A stretch of 64,000 nt of DNA from the human T2T-CHM13v2.0 reference genome, Homo sapiens: the NCBI RefSeq assembly GCF_009914755.1, contig NC_060927.1; one strand, 5' to 3'. The notes under the pieces were generated by a model. That model was not told the DNA's origin. It searched no databases and worked only from the letters and a program-made list of their open reading frames with translations. The translations under genes and the position numbers were made by a program. Positions 1 to 14,652 of the stretch are shown one piece after another; the first letter of the stretch is position 1; every line of letters starts with the position of its first letter.

Positions 1-692
1 TGCATATGGCTTTTATTATGTTGAGGCAGTTTCCTTCTATTCCTAGTTTAAGTGTTTTTATCATGAAAGGGGTTGAATTTTGTCAAATGCTTTTTCTGCA
101 TCAATCGAGATGATTGTGTGGCTTCCCCCCCGCCCCACTTTCTTCAGTTTATATGGTGTGTTACATTGGTTTTTCGTCCTTGCATTCCAGGAATAAATCT
201 CACTTGGTCATGTTGTATAATCCTTTTAATATAAGATATAATCTAATATGTAGAAAACTGTAAAGATGTCACACAAAAAACTGACTTAATAAATGAATTC
301 AGCAAAGTAGCAGAATGCAAAGTCAACACAGTTTACTGTTATTTCATTGAGGATTTTTGCATTAATTTATAAGTGGTATTAGTCCATGGTTTTCTCATAG
401 TGCCTTTGTCTAGCTTTGGTGTCAGGCTACTGCTGGCCTCATAGAATGACTTAGGAAGTGTTCCATCTTTAATTCTTTAGAAAAGTTTGAAAAGCAGTGG
501 TACTAGTTCTTTAAATGTTTGATAGAACTCACCAGTGGAACCATCAGGTGCAGGGCTTTTGTTTGCCAGGAGATTTCTGATTACTGATTCAATCTCCTTA
601 TTGGTTATAGGTCTATTCAGATTTTCCATTTCCTTGTGATTTCATTCTGATGGGTTTTGTGTTTCTAGGAATTTGTCTGTTTCATCTAGGTT
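1..692 (-). mobile_element. Old L1 (L1M) ORF2 fragment
   Basis: Antisense L1 ORF2-like sequence (tgaattttgtcaaatgctttttctgcatc; gaggatttttgcatt; ttactgattcaatctcc). Confidence 0.8.
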
Positions 693-759
693 ATGGTAAT
701 TAGGTTTGTAATTTCAAATTCCACTTGTTCATTGCTGGTATACTGGAAAATAATGGAGT

Positions 760-1063
760 TTTTTGTTTTGTTTTGTTTTGTTTTTGACATGGAGTCTTGC
801 TCTTGTTGCCCAGGCTGGAGTGCCATCTTGGCTCACTGTAACCTCCACCTCCTCCCAGGTTCAAGTGATTTTCCTGCTTCAGCTTCCTGAGTAGCTGGGA
901 TTCCAGGTGCACACCACCACACCTAGCTAATTTTTAAATTTTTAGTAGAGATGGAGTTTCATCTTGTTGGCCAGGCTGGTCTCAAAGTCCTGACTTCAGG
1001 TCATCCACCCACCTCGGCCTCCCACAGTACTGGGATTACAGGCATGAGCCACCGTGCCCAGCC
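760..1063 (-). mobile_element. Alu (AluS-like)
   Basis: Full dimer, antisense, (TTTTG)n tail. Confidence 0.93.
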
Positions 1064-1633
1064 TAGTCTTATTTATTGACTATGTATCCTGCACCCTATG
1101 TATCCTGCAGTGTTGCTGTGATTGCGTGTTAGTTCCAACAGTGTTTTTATTTATTTGGATTTTCTACGTGGGCAGGCATGTCATCTATGAACAGACAGTT
1201 TTATTTCTTCCTTCCCAATCAGAATACCCTTTATTTCTTTTTCTTGTCTTATTTCATTAGCTAGGCCTTCTATTATGATGTTGAAAAGGAGTGGTAAGGG
1301 GATTTTCTTGCCTTGTTCCTGTTTTCTTGCCTTCTTGCCTTCATGGAGAAACTTCTGGTTTTTCATCCACCATTAGTTAAATTCTTAGATGTAGAGATTT
1401 TGTGGATGTTCTTTATCAAGTTGAAGTTTCCCTCTGTTCCTAGTTTACTGAGAGTTTTTGTCATAAATGACTGTTCAATTTTGTAAAATGTTCTTTCTGC
1501 ACCTATTGATATGATGTGATTTTCTTCTTTTGCCTATGGATGTGATGGTTTATATTGATTTTCAAATGTTGAACCAGGCTTGTGCACCTGGGATAAATCC
1601 TACATGATCGTGGCATATAATTCTTTTTATATA

Positions 1634-2791
1634 CAGTCATGTGTTGCTAAACGATGGGGATACCTTCTGAGAAATGTGTTTGGTGATTTCATTGTTGTAT
1701 GAATATCGTAAAGTGTCCTTATACAAACCGTGACAGCATAAGCCTACTGCACACCTAGGCTATATGGCATAGCTTGTTGCTCCTAGGCTGCAAGCCTGTA
1801 CAGTATGTAACTGTAATGAACACTGTAGACAACTATAACACAACGGTAAGTACTTGTGTATCTCAATGTATCTCAATATAGAAAAAGTACAGTAAAAGTA
1901 TGGTATAAAAGATTTTTTTAAAATGGTACACCTGTGCAGAATACTTACCATAAATGGAGTTTGTAGGGCTGGAAGTTGCTCTGGGTGAGTCAGTAGTGAG
2001 TGACTGTGAAGGTCTAGGACATTTTGTACACCACTGTAGCCTTGAAAAACAACACTAAACTTAAAAAATATTTTTCTGTCTTCAGTAATAAATTACCTTT
2101 AGCTTACTGTAACCTTTTTCACTTTATAAATGTTTTGATTAAAAACTTTTTTTACTCTTTTGTAACAACACCTAGCTTAAAACACAAATTGTACAGCCAT
2201 ACAAAAACATTTTTTCTTTATACCCTTATCCTATACATTTTTTCCTTTAAAAATTTTTATTTTATTATTTAAACATTTTTGTTAAAAACTAAGACACAAC
2301 ATACACATTAGCCTACGCCTACGCAGGGTCAGGATCATCAGTATCACTGCCTTCCACCTCTACATCGTGACCCACTGGAAGGTCTTCAGGGGCAATAACA
2401 TGCATAGAGCTGTCATCTCTTATGATAGCAATGCCTTCTTCTGGAATGCAGTTAACTTTTTTTTTTTTTTTAAATAAGTAGAGGGATTACACTTTGCTAA
2501 AATAATGCTAACATGTATAGTATAGTAAATATATAAACATAACATAGTTGATTATCAAGTATTATGTACTATATATAATTGTACGTGGTACACTTTTATG
2601 CTACGGGCAGCACAGTAGTTTATTTACACCAGCATCACCACAAACATGGAAGTAATGTTGTTGCACTATGACATTGTGATGGCTACAGCTTCACTAGGGA
2701 TTAGGAATTTTTCGGCTCCATTATAATCTGTGGGACCACCCATTGTATATGCAGTTCCTCCTTGACTGAAATGTCATGTGGTGCATTACTG
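1634..2791 (-). mobile_element. Tigger3b/MER7-type DNA transposon
   Basis: Ends ta|CAGTCATG...CATTACTG|ta with TA duplication; ~1.16 kb; terminal ccattataatctgtgggaccacc is typical of Tigger3. Confidence 0.8.
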
Positions 2792-4483
2792 TATCATTGG
2801 ATTCGATTTGCTAATATTTTAAGATTCTTACATCTATGTTCATGAGATATATTGGTCTGTAGTTTTCTAGTAATGTCTTTATCTGGCTTTGGTATTAGGG
2901 TGATGCTGGCCTTATAGAATGAATTAGGAAGTATTCCCTTTGCTTCTGTCTTCTGAAAGAGATTGTAGATGATTGGTATAATCTCTTTCTTAAATGTTTG
3001 GCAGAATTCCCCCAGTGAGCCCATCTGGGCCTGGTGCTTTCTATTTGGGAAGGTTATTAATTATTGATTCAATTTATTTTATAGAAATAGGCCTGTTTAG
3101 AATTTCCATTTTTTTCTTATTTGAGTTTTGGTGGATTCTGTCTTTAAATAATTGGTTCAATTCATTTAGTTTATCAAATTTCTAGATACGGAGTTGTTGA
3201 TAGTATTCTTTTATTATCCTTTTCATCAATACAGATCTCATAGACATGAAAAGGATAATAAAGGAATACTATCACTAAAAAGTGATTCTCTCTTTTTGTC
3301 TTAGTCTAATTGGAGGCTTATCAATTTACCTTGTCAAAGAACTAGCTTTTGGTTTTATTGATTGTTTGTTTCTCCATTGATTTTCTGTTTTCAGTGTCAT
3401 TGATTTCTCCTCTAGTTTTTATTCTCTTTTCTTCTGCTTACTGTGGATTTAATTTGCTGCTCTTGTTACCTAAGGTGTAAGATCAGATGATTGATTTTAG
3501 GTCTTTCTTCTTTTCTAATATATTATTTCAGTGATACAGATTTCTGTCTCTAAGCATTTCTTTCCCTGCATCTCATGAATTTTGATACATTGTGTTTTCA
3601 TTTCTATTTAGTTTAAATATTTTAAATTTATCTTGAGATTTTTTATTCATGTGTTATTGTTCAACCTTACATATATTGAGATATTCCAGTTATCTTTCTG
3701 TTGTGAATTTCTGGGTTCCATTGTGGTCTGAGAGCAGACTCTTTATGATTTCTTTTCTTTTAAATTTGTTAAAGTATGTTTTATGGCCCAGAATGTTCTA
3801 CCTTGGTGAATATTCCATGTGAATGTGAGAAGAATGTGTATTCTGTGGTTGTTGGATGAAAGAGAGAGGTGAATTCTATCCAGTTGATTAATAAATAGTG
3901 TTTTGAGTTCAAGTGCGTCCTTTTTAACCTTCTGTCTGCTGGATCTTTCTACTTCTGATAGAGCAGTATTGAAGTCTACAGCTACAAAAGTAGATTCGTC
4001 TATTTCTTCTTGCCGTACTGTTAGTTTTTACCTCATGTATTTTGATGCACTGTTGTTAAGTACATACGCATTAAGAACTGTGTCTTACTGGAGAATTGAG
4101 CCCTTTATTATTATGTAATGCCCTTCTTTATCTAATAACATTATTTGCTTTGAAGTCTGTTCTATCTGAAATTAATTCAGATACTTCTACTTACTTTTCA
4201 TTAGTGTTAGCATGGCGTATTTTTTTCCATCTACGTTTAATGAATAAATGTCTTTATTTAAATTGATTTTCTTTTAGATACCATATAATTGGGTTTTATT
4301 TCTTGTTCCATTATAATAATCTGCCTTTTAATTGGTACATTCAGATCACTGATTATTGATATAATTGGATTAATATCTTCCATATTTGTAACTATTTTCC
4401 ATTTGTCACCTTTGTTCTTTTTTGCTATATTTGTCTTCTAGTCCTTTTTCTTGCCTTTTGTGGTTTACCAGCATTTAAAAAAT

Positions 4484-4803
4484 TATTATTATTATTATTA
4501 TTATTATTTTTTTTTTTTTTTTGAGACAGAGTCTTGCTCTATCACCCAGGCTGGAGTGCAGTGGTGCATCTTGGCTCACTGAAAGCTCTGCCTTCTGGGT
4601 TCACGCCATTCTGCCTCAGCCTCCCGAGTAGCTGGGACTACAGGCACCCACCACCATTCTTGGCTGATTTTTTGTATTTTTTTTAGTAGAGACGGGGGTT
4701 TCACTGTGTTAGCCAGGATGGTCTCGATCTCCTAACCTCGTTATCCACCCGCCTCGGCCTCCCAAAGTGCTGGGATTACAGGCATGAGCCACAGCGCCTG
4801 GCC
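4484..4803 (-). mobile_element. Alu (AluY/Sc-like)
   Basis: Antisense dimer with (ATT)n/poly-T tail. Confidence 0.92.
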
Positions 4804-4809
4804 TGTATA

Positions 4810-5106
<297 letters not shown>

Positions 5107-5407
5107 CAACATATTTCAATATGGCTTCTTTTATCTCCCTTTGCTGGAAGCAAAAGAGATTTTTCTCGAGTATTTACTGAGAGAACCTGGTTTAGCTCCT
5201 GTAAGTAAAACTCACAAAAGCATGGGGGCCTCCCTATAACTAGGTCCCCCTGGAGTTTTTATCACTGGGGCTTGTCCACACCTAGCAATTTTTGTCAGCT
5301 ACAGTTTGTTTTTCTGCCCCTCTCCCAGTTTCTGTGGAGGTTTCTGCTCCAGCCTGTTGTGATTCTCTGTATCCACCTGACTGTCTCTCCAGTTCTGGGA
5401 GCAGTGG

Positions 5408-5758
5408 TGTCTTAGCCTGTTTTCACACTACTATCAAGAACTACCTGAAACTGGGTAATTTATAAAGAAAAGAGGTTTAATTGACTCACAGTTCCACATT
5501 GCTGGGGAGGCCTCAGGAAACTTACAATTATGGTGGAAGGGGAAGCAAGGCACTTCTTACATGGCGGCAGGAGAAAGAGAGCAAAGGGGGAAGTGCCACT
5601 TTTAAATCATCAGATCTCATGAGAACTCGCTATCGCAAGAACAGCATGGGAAACTGCCCCTCCCCCCCGATCCAGTCACCGCCCACCAGGTCCCTCCCCT
5701 GACATGGGATTACAATTTTAGATGAGATTTAGTGGGGACACAGAGCCAAAGCATATCA
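5408..5758 (-). mobile_element. THE1 (ERVL-MaLR) solo LTR
   Basis: TG...CA ends, 351 bp, gggtaatttataaagaaaagaggtttaattgactcacagttcc motif, 5-bp TSD AGTGG on both sides. Confidence 0.9.
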
Positions 5759-5964
5759 AGTGGTTTCTCCTGTGACCTCACTGAAGTTTTTGAGAAATAC
5801 ATGCACGTGTATTTTTTAAGTCATCAAGAGCAAGTAAGTATAATGCTAAACAAGAAGTTAATAAAAACTTCATGTTTCCTCCCCTCTTTGAAAATACATT
5901 AGCAATTGTTTTTAGATAGAGTGTACATTTCCTGGAGTCATTGTTTAAGAATAATAGACAAACA

Positions 5965-6266
<302 letters not shown>

Positions 6267-7447
6267 CACACTACAAACCCATTTTGCTTCTCATGAATTG
6301 AAAATCATTATATGGTGTTGTCAGGAGATCTTAGACTCTGTGAAAGGCATTTTCCAGAGAGTTGCCGAAAATTAGAAGGGTGTGGGGGCGCTGAAATGCC
6401 TAGGCAGAGAAGATAGGTTTGATATAGTAAAGAGTAAGGAGTCACCAAAGTGTCTTAGCAAGGCAATACTCTAAAAATCATGTTTTAAGAAGAGATTCTA
6501 CCATCTTTGTCCAAGGTGTGTGTGTTCATAGAGAAAACCTAGCCTCCCAAAACAAGCAAGGAAAATCATGGATTATGAAAGGATCTTTCTACTAAAAGAG
6601 TCATTATTACTTCTCTATTTTGCAAACTCTCTCAGTACCTTCAGAATATTTACAGCCTTCCAAAATGTAATGTATACCCTTCTCAGGACTATGCATAATG
6701 CAGTTCACTTAAGAATTGTGCTATGTTTTACATAGACTGACAGGTTCTTGTTCAAATTCTTTGTGATAACATCTTTTCATTTTCTTTTCTTTTTTGGGTA
6801 GTTTTAAATACATTTTCCTTTTTAAGAAGGCTAGGATGTTTGGGGGGAAAAATCCTTGTACTTTTTGTAAGCCACTTATAACACAGATTAACTTCACAGC
6901 ACATAAAAAGAATACTGGAGAACCCTTACATGATTAAATATGCCCCTAGAGGATTAAGTTTTTCCACATATTTTTAAGCCAGTGCTATTAATAATGTTCC
7001 AGCATTAAACTTTCTGTACATCCTCATTATGGAGGAGGCCTTTTTTTGTTTTTTTCATTCTGCCCTTGCTGTTAGTTTTTCCATGGTCAGATATGTAGCA
7101 CTATAAAATTATCTGTGGAAACATACAATCTGAATGTTTAACTGGAGTCTAACAAAGTATCATGTCTGGGGCTCTTCCAATTTTTATTCAAAGATGTTGT
7201 CAATTTTTCAAACTTAATTGTTCTTTTGTCTTACTGGAAACCTGGCAGAAGATGGCTATTTACAGGCATATCTTAGATTATGGGGCAGACCACCACAATG
7301 CAGCTAATATTGCAGTAAATCAAGTCTCACAATTCCTTTGGTTTCTCAGTGCATATAAAAGTTACATTTTTACTATACTGTAGTCTATTAAGTGTGCAAT
7401 AGCATTATGTCTAAAAATACATGCATACCTTAAGTAATACAAAATAC

Positions 7448-7748
7448 TTTTTTTTTTTTTTTTTTTTTGAGACAGAGTCTCACTTGTTGCCCAGGCTGGA
7501 GTGCAATGGCGCGATCTCGGCTCACTGCAAGCTCCGCTTCCTGGGTTCATGCCATTCTCCTGCCTCAGCCTCCTGAGTAGCTGGGACTACAGGTGTATGC
7601 CACCTTGTCCGGCTAATTTTTTGTATTTTTAGTAGAGATGGGGTTTCACCGTGTTAGCCAGGATGGTCTCAATCTCCTGACCTCGTGATCCGCCTGCCTC
7701 AGCCTCCCAAAGTGCTGGGATTACAGGCGTGAGCCACCACGCCTGGCC
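7448..7748 (-). mobile_element. AluY-like inside Tigger1
   Basis: Antisense dimer, TSD ACAAAATACTTT. Confidence 0.93.
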
Positions 7749-9433
7749 ACAAAATACTTTTTTTTTGCTAAAAAATGCTAACAATATTGAGCTTTCAGCA
7801 AGTTGTAATCTTTTTGCTGGTGGAGGTTCTTGCATTGATATTGATGGTGGCCACCTGATCAGGGTGGTAGTTGCCAAAGGTTGGGGTGGCTGTGGCATTT
7901 TCTTAGAAAAAGACAAGTTTGTTGCAGCAGTTGGCTTTTCCTTTCAGAAGATATTCCTCTGTAGCATGCAGTGCTGTTTGATAGCATTTTACCCACAGCA
8001 GAACGTCTTTAAAAATTGGAGTTGTCCTCTCAAATGCTGCTGCCACTTTATCAACATGATGTTCTAAATCTTTAGTTGTCATTTCAACAATGTTCACAGC
8101 ATCTTCATCAGGAATAGATTCCATCTAGAAACCACTCTCTTTGCTTACCTGTAAGAAGCAACTCCTCATCTGTTCAAGTTTGATCCTGAGATTGCAGCAA
8201 TTCAGTCACATCTTCAGGCTCCACTTTTAGTTCCCTTGATTTTTTCACCACACCTACAGTGACTTCCTCTTGAACCCCTCAAAGTCATCCATGAGGGTTG
8301 GAATCAACTTCTTTCAAACTCCTTTTGATGTTGATATTTTGACCTCCTTCCATGAATCACGAATACTCGTATCTAGAATGGTGAATCCTTTCCAGAAGGT
8401 TTTTAATTTGCTTTGATCAGATCCATCAGAGAAATCACCCTGTATGGCAGCTATTGCCTTATTAAATGTATTTTTTAAATAATAAGACTTGGAAGTCAAA
8501 ATTACTCCTTGGCACAAGGGCTGCAGAAATGGATATTGTCTTAGCATGCATGAAAACAACATTTATCTCTTTGTACATCTCCATCAGACCTCCTGGGTGA
8601 CCAGGTGCATTGTCAGTGAGCAGTAATATTTTGAAAGGAACCTTTTTTTCTGAGCAGTAGGTCTCAACAGTGGGCTTAAGATATTCAGTAAACTGTGCCG
8701 TAAACAGATGTGCTGTTACCCAGATTTTGTTGTTTCAGTTATAGAGCACAGGCAGAGAAGATTTAGCATAATTTTTAAGGGCCCTAGGATTTTTAGAATG
8801 GTCAGTAAGCATTGGCTTCAACTTAAAAGTCACCAGCTGTTTTGGTCTTGACCAAGAGAGTCAGCCTATTTTTTGAAGCTTTAAAGCCAGGCATTGACTT
8901 CTCCTCTGTAGCTACGAAAGTCCTAGGTGGCATCTTCTTCCACTAGAAGGCGGTTTCATCTATGTTAAAAATCTGTTGTTTAGCCACATTTCTCAATTTT
9001 CTGAGCTAGATCTCATAATAACATGTTGCAGCTTCTACATCAGTACTTGCTGCTTCGCCTCTCACTTTTATGTTATGGAGACAGCTTCTTTCCTTAAACC
9101 TCATTAGCCAACCTCTGCTAGCTTCCAGCTGTGCCTCTGTAGCCTCCTTACCTCTCTCAGCCTTCATAGAAGTAAAGGGACTTTTAGCTTTGCTCTGGAT
9201 TGGGCTTTGCCTTAAGGGGATATTGTGGCTGGTTTGATCTTCCAGATCACTAAAACTTTCTCTGTAGCTCTTTTACTTTATTTTTGTGTGTTCATTGGAG
9301 TAGCACTTATAATTTCCTTCTAGAACTTTCCCTTGGCATTAACAACTTGGCTGTTTGGTGCAAGAGGTTTAGCTTTTTTTTAGCATGTCTCAGCTTTTGA
9401 CATGCCTTCCTCACTATGCTTAATCATTTCTAG

Positions 9434-9754
<321 letters not shown>

Positions 9755-11069
9755 TAGCTCTCGATTTAAAGTGAGAAATGTGTGACTCTTCCTTTCACTT
9801 GGACACTTTGAGGCCGTTGTAATTGGCCTACATTCAGTATTGTTTTGTTGCAGGAAATAGGCCCAAAGAGAGGGAGAGAGATGGAGGAATGGCCAGTTGG
9901 TGAATCGGTCAGAACACATACTACATTTATCTATTAAGGTCGCCATCTTATATAGGTACAGTTTGTGGTGCCCCAAAACAATTACAATAGTAACATCAAA
10001 GACCACTGATCACAGATCACCACAACAGATATAATAATAATGAAAAAGTTTGAAATATTGTGAGAATTACCAAAATGTGACAGAGACACGAAGTGAGCAC
10101 ATGGTGTTGGAAAAATGGTATTGATTCCTTTGCTCAATGCGGGGTTGCCACAACTTTCAATTTTTTTTTCTTTTGTAATCACTAAACACATAGTACTCAA
10201 CATTTCAAAAAAGATCACTTAATTTCAGTGGACATTTTTTCCTGACGTAACATTCTGGTTTATAAGGAATCTTGTTATTACTGAGGAATTGAGTTATTTA
10301 TTAAATGCCTTTTTTTTTTCCAGGGGGTTAGGCTGTCAAATTAATTTCCCATGGCTAATCAGCCTGGGCTTGACTCTACGCACGTAATGGTCCTACACTC
10401 CCCCAGCTCTCTAGGACTTGCAGTCTCTCTGATCCTAACAGCCTGCAGGTCTTTTCTTACCAGCCAGGACTCTTTCCCAGTCCCTTCAGTGGTGCTCACC
10501 AGCCCCTCAGTTTCTCTGACCTTAACCTTTTGATCCTTATTCTGCCAGTCCCTTGGCTTAGATGGGTTCTTAATTTCTTTTCTCCCCAAATTTGTATTTT
10601 TCTGTCCTGACCAGAGGCGTCAGATTGTTCCACACTGTTTAAATGTGCCAGTCAACCTCTCTTCTCCGACTCTCTGCACAGCTGGGCCTCAGGGTCACCA
10701 CTCTTCTCAAGCCCCATAGTCTAACCCTTCTCGGGTCACAGAGGACTTCCTGCCAGCTATCTAGACCCTAGAGCTCCCCTGCCCCCCGTCGCCTGGTCCT
10801 TTCGCTTTTCACTGCTGCAGCTTTGCTCAACCTTCCCTCCTCATTCCTGCCCCTGGGGGAGAGCTGCCCCTCCTTTCCAGTGCCAACCTCTTCATCAGTG
10901 CTTTAGAGTTCTGCCTCAGCACTAAACAAAAACAAAAACCAACTAAAGATTTTAGTATTTTTATATTAATATTTAAAATTGTCTAATTTTAATAAATGTT
11001 AAATAACATTTGGTTTTAAGAAATATTAAATATTCAATGTTAAATAATATTGTTTATTAACATTAAATA

Positions 11070-11184
11070 AAGGTGGGAGGATCACCTGAACCCAGGAGGT
11101 TGAGGCTGCAGTAAGCTGTAATTGTGCCATTGCACTCCAGCCTAGGTGACAGAGCGAGACTGTCACCAACAACAACAAAAAAAA
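11070..11184 (+). mobile_element. Alu right-arm fragment
   Basis: aggtgggaggatcacctgaacccaggagg...gacagagcgagac plus (AAC)n tail. Confidence 0.82.
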
Positions 11185-11660
11185 CACTGATTGCAGCAAC
11201 AAAAGTTAGAAAGCACTACCCTTTAACAGAGAGCTGATTAAATTATGGTGTATTTATTATCGGTGGCAATTAAATAATTTTAATTTTAATAAATATTTTT
11301 AATATTAAATATTTAAAAACCTTATTTTAATAAATATTGAATAATTATTAAGTAACACATGCACATGGATTTAAAAGTTAAAGTAGTATAAAATAATCTA
11401 CAGAGGCTACTATTTGATGTCAGTTTGTGTGTATTTGCATTCTGCCAGAGATATTCTTCCATAGATGATACATGCATAAACAAGTATGTACATCCATGCA
11501 TTTCTTCTTCTTCCTGTCTCCTCCTTCCACTCTTTTTGAACACAAATACTATCTATACACAGTCTAGATATTGCTTTTTAAATATATTGCTATGTTTTGG
11601 AAAACAATTTGTGTCAGTACTATAGACCTGCCTCATTCTTTTAATGGATGCAAAATATCC

Positions 11661-12044
<384 letters not shown>

Positions 12045-12339
12045 TAAAGGGTGCCTGCATTTTCATCTTCTGAAAAGAAAAAAAATCTATTTCTTGTATA
12101 ATTACTGTTCTGGTCTGTTTATGCATTGTTGATTTCTTAGATATGTCTTCAATGTCTGCTATCTTTTTAAAGCATTCATCTCTTTATTTCTTGTGAGTTC
12201 CCAGAGAATTTCTGAGGCATTCTGGTTCAGCGTTCTACGTTTCACAGTCCCTGTGATCACTGAATTCCTAAATGTGATACTCATTGTTTCTAAGAACTCT
12301 TTACTGTTCTCCTAGTCTCCTCTCAAGTGTATAGGCCTT

Positions 12340-13050
12340 TTATTTCTTAACTTTCTATGTAAGGATAACATATATCCAAAAAAAACACATAAGTCTTCTG
12401 TTCAACTTAATGAATTCTCAAGAAGTACACCTTATGTAACCAATGCTTAGATAAATAAATTATTGCCAGCACCTTGGAATGTCCCTTGTGCCCCTTACAG
12501 TCTCTCTGTGGGTAGCCACTATCTTTTCTCCTAACACCACAGATTCATGTTGCCTATTTCATTTTAATTTTATATAAATGTAATTGTACAGTACATACTG
12601 CTTCTTTCTTTTGTGTAACATTATGTTTGAAGGTAGTTTGTTCTCACTGATATATAGTATTCCATTGCATGACTATACCACAATCCATTTGTTCATTCTA
12701 CTGTTGATGGTCACCTCAATGGTTTCTAGTTTTGGGCTATCATGAATAGCGCTGCTGTGGACACTTTTGTTTGTGTCTTCTGGTGCACATATGTACACAT
12801 TTTTGTTGGGTGTATATACACATAGAGTAGAATTGCTGCATCATAGGGCATAGAGTCCTGGTTGTTCCACATCCTTGCCAGCACTTGGTATTTTCTTTGT
12901 CATTTTAGTCTTTTTGATAGGTGCAAAGTAGTGTTTCATTGTGGTTTCAGTTTTCATATCAACTACTCATGCCATGGAGCCCATTTTCATGTTTATTGGC
13001 TCTTTGGATATCCTCTTTTGTGAAGTACCTATTGAAATTTATTTTTCCAT
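12340..13050 (-). mobile_element. Old L1 (L1MC/ME) 3' region
   Basis: Motifs tattccattg, ggtttctagttttgggctatcatgaatagcgctgctgtggaca, ccacatccttgccagcacttggtatt. Confidence 0.72.
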
Positions 13051-13427
13051 TTTAAAATTATTTTTAAAAATATATTTGGCTAGCTCGTATGTCACACTTT
13101 TTTGACAAAATCCTTTTTCTCCTCCCTTCTCATTTATCCTTTTAAATTTATTTTCTTGGCTTTTCTCTCACCTGTTCTTTTCTAACCACTGAACTTTAGA
13201 GCCACTAACTACTCCTAACTTTTCTAGAATTTTTAGTGAATTTGCATGAAACTTACTTTGAGAAAACATTGGTACTCAAACTGGAAGATAATGTTATTGT
13301 TATTCTAAGAAGGGAAAAGATGATAAATACTAAGCCGTACTAGTTTTTTGGCCACTAGATTGCATTATTATCCCCATGTTTAATTCTCATTTTAATTTTA
13401 TTTTTGACAAGAGCTTGTTAGAAGTGA

Positions 13428-13646
<219 letters not shown>

Positions 13647-14223
13647 TGACATGCTTAAAACTATTTGATATTCGCCATATGGAAAAGGAAGAAAGCAATT
13701 AATTTTAATTTTTGTAACTTAGAGCAAATATCACTAAATAAGTCTGCTAGTTACCAGAGAACGAATAACCCTCAGCAAGTGCTGGATACTGATGTGTGTA
13801 GGTTGCTGTCCAGTAGGTGCCTAATACACAAAATCAGTGTGATAAAGGAAGTATAGGTTGTAGATTTCCAGGCACCTCTTGTCCTTACTGAAGATCTGCA
13901 TGTGTATGACCATTGGAGAGAGTTGGCTTTAATGTCCATATATCAAAATGTAAGTTGGTAAAGACATTGGACTCCAGCTATGTTCTTTAGAAAGAAGGTA
14001 TTGGACTCTGGCCATGTTCTTCAGAAAGAACATGCCTGGCTTTTTCACGATTTGATCAGTCTTCTTAGACCCTGAACCCCACCATGAAATGGCTTCCCCA
14101 GACACAACCCGAGAGAGTTATGCTTTGTTTCTCAGCTAAAATATTTTGCAGATCTTAATTTCCTGGGTCATTGCATCATTTTTTTTTTTTTTTTTAAAGA
14201 CTGAGTTTAAGAAATAAATTATC

Positions 14224-14652
<429 letters not shown>

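Larger units (their letters stand above)
693..4470 (-). mobile_element. Second old L1 (L1M) ORF2 fragment, interrupted by an Alu and Tigger3b
   Basis: Minus-strand ORF remnants [36 protein letters not shown] and GEFCQTFKKEIIPIIYNLFQK..ILPNSFYKASITLIPKPDKD are L1 ORF2 RT-region motifs. Confidence 0.88.

Noticed and set aside
1080-1109. Tandem CTATGTATCCTGCA duplication
   Set aside because: Simple slippage duplication in an old L1.
7903-8562. Transposase-like ORFs as a TIGD1-like gene
   Set aside because: Fragmented and interrupted Tigger1 fossil.
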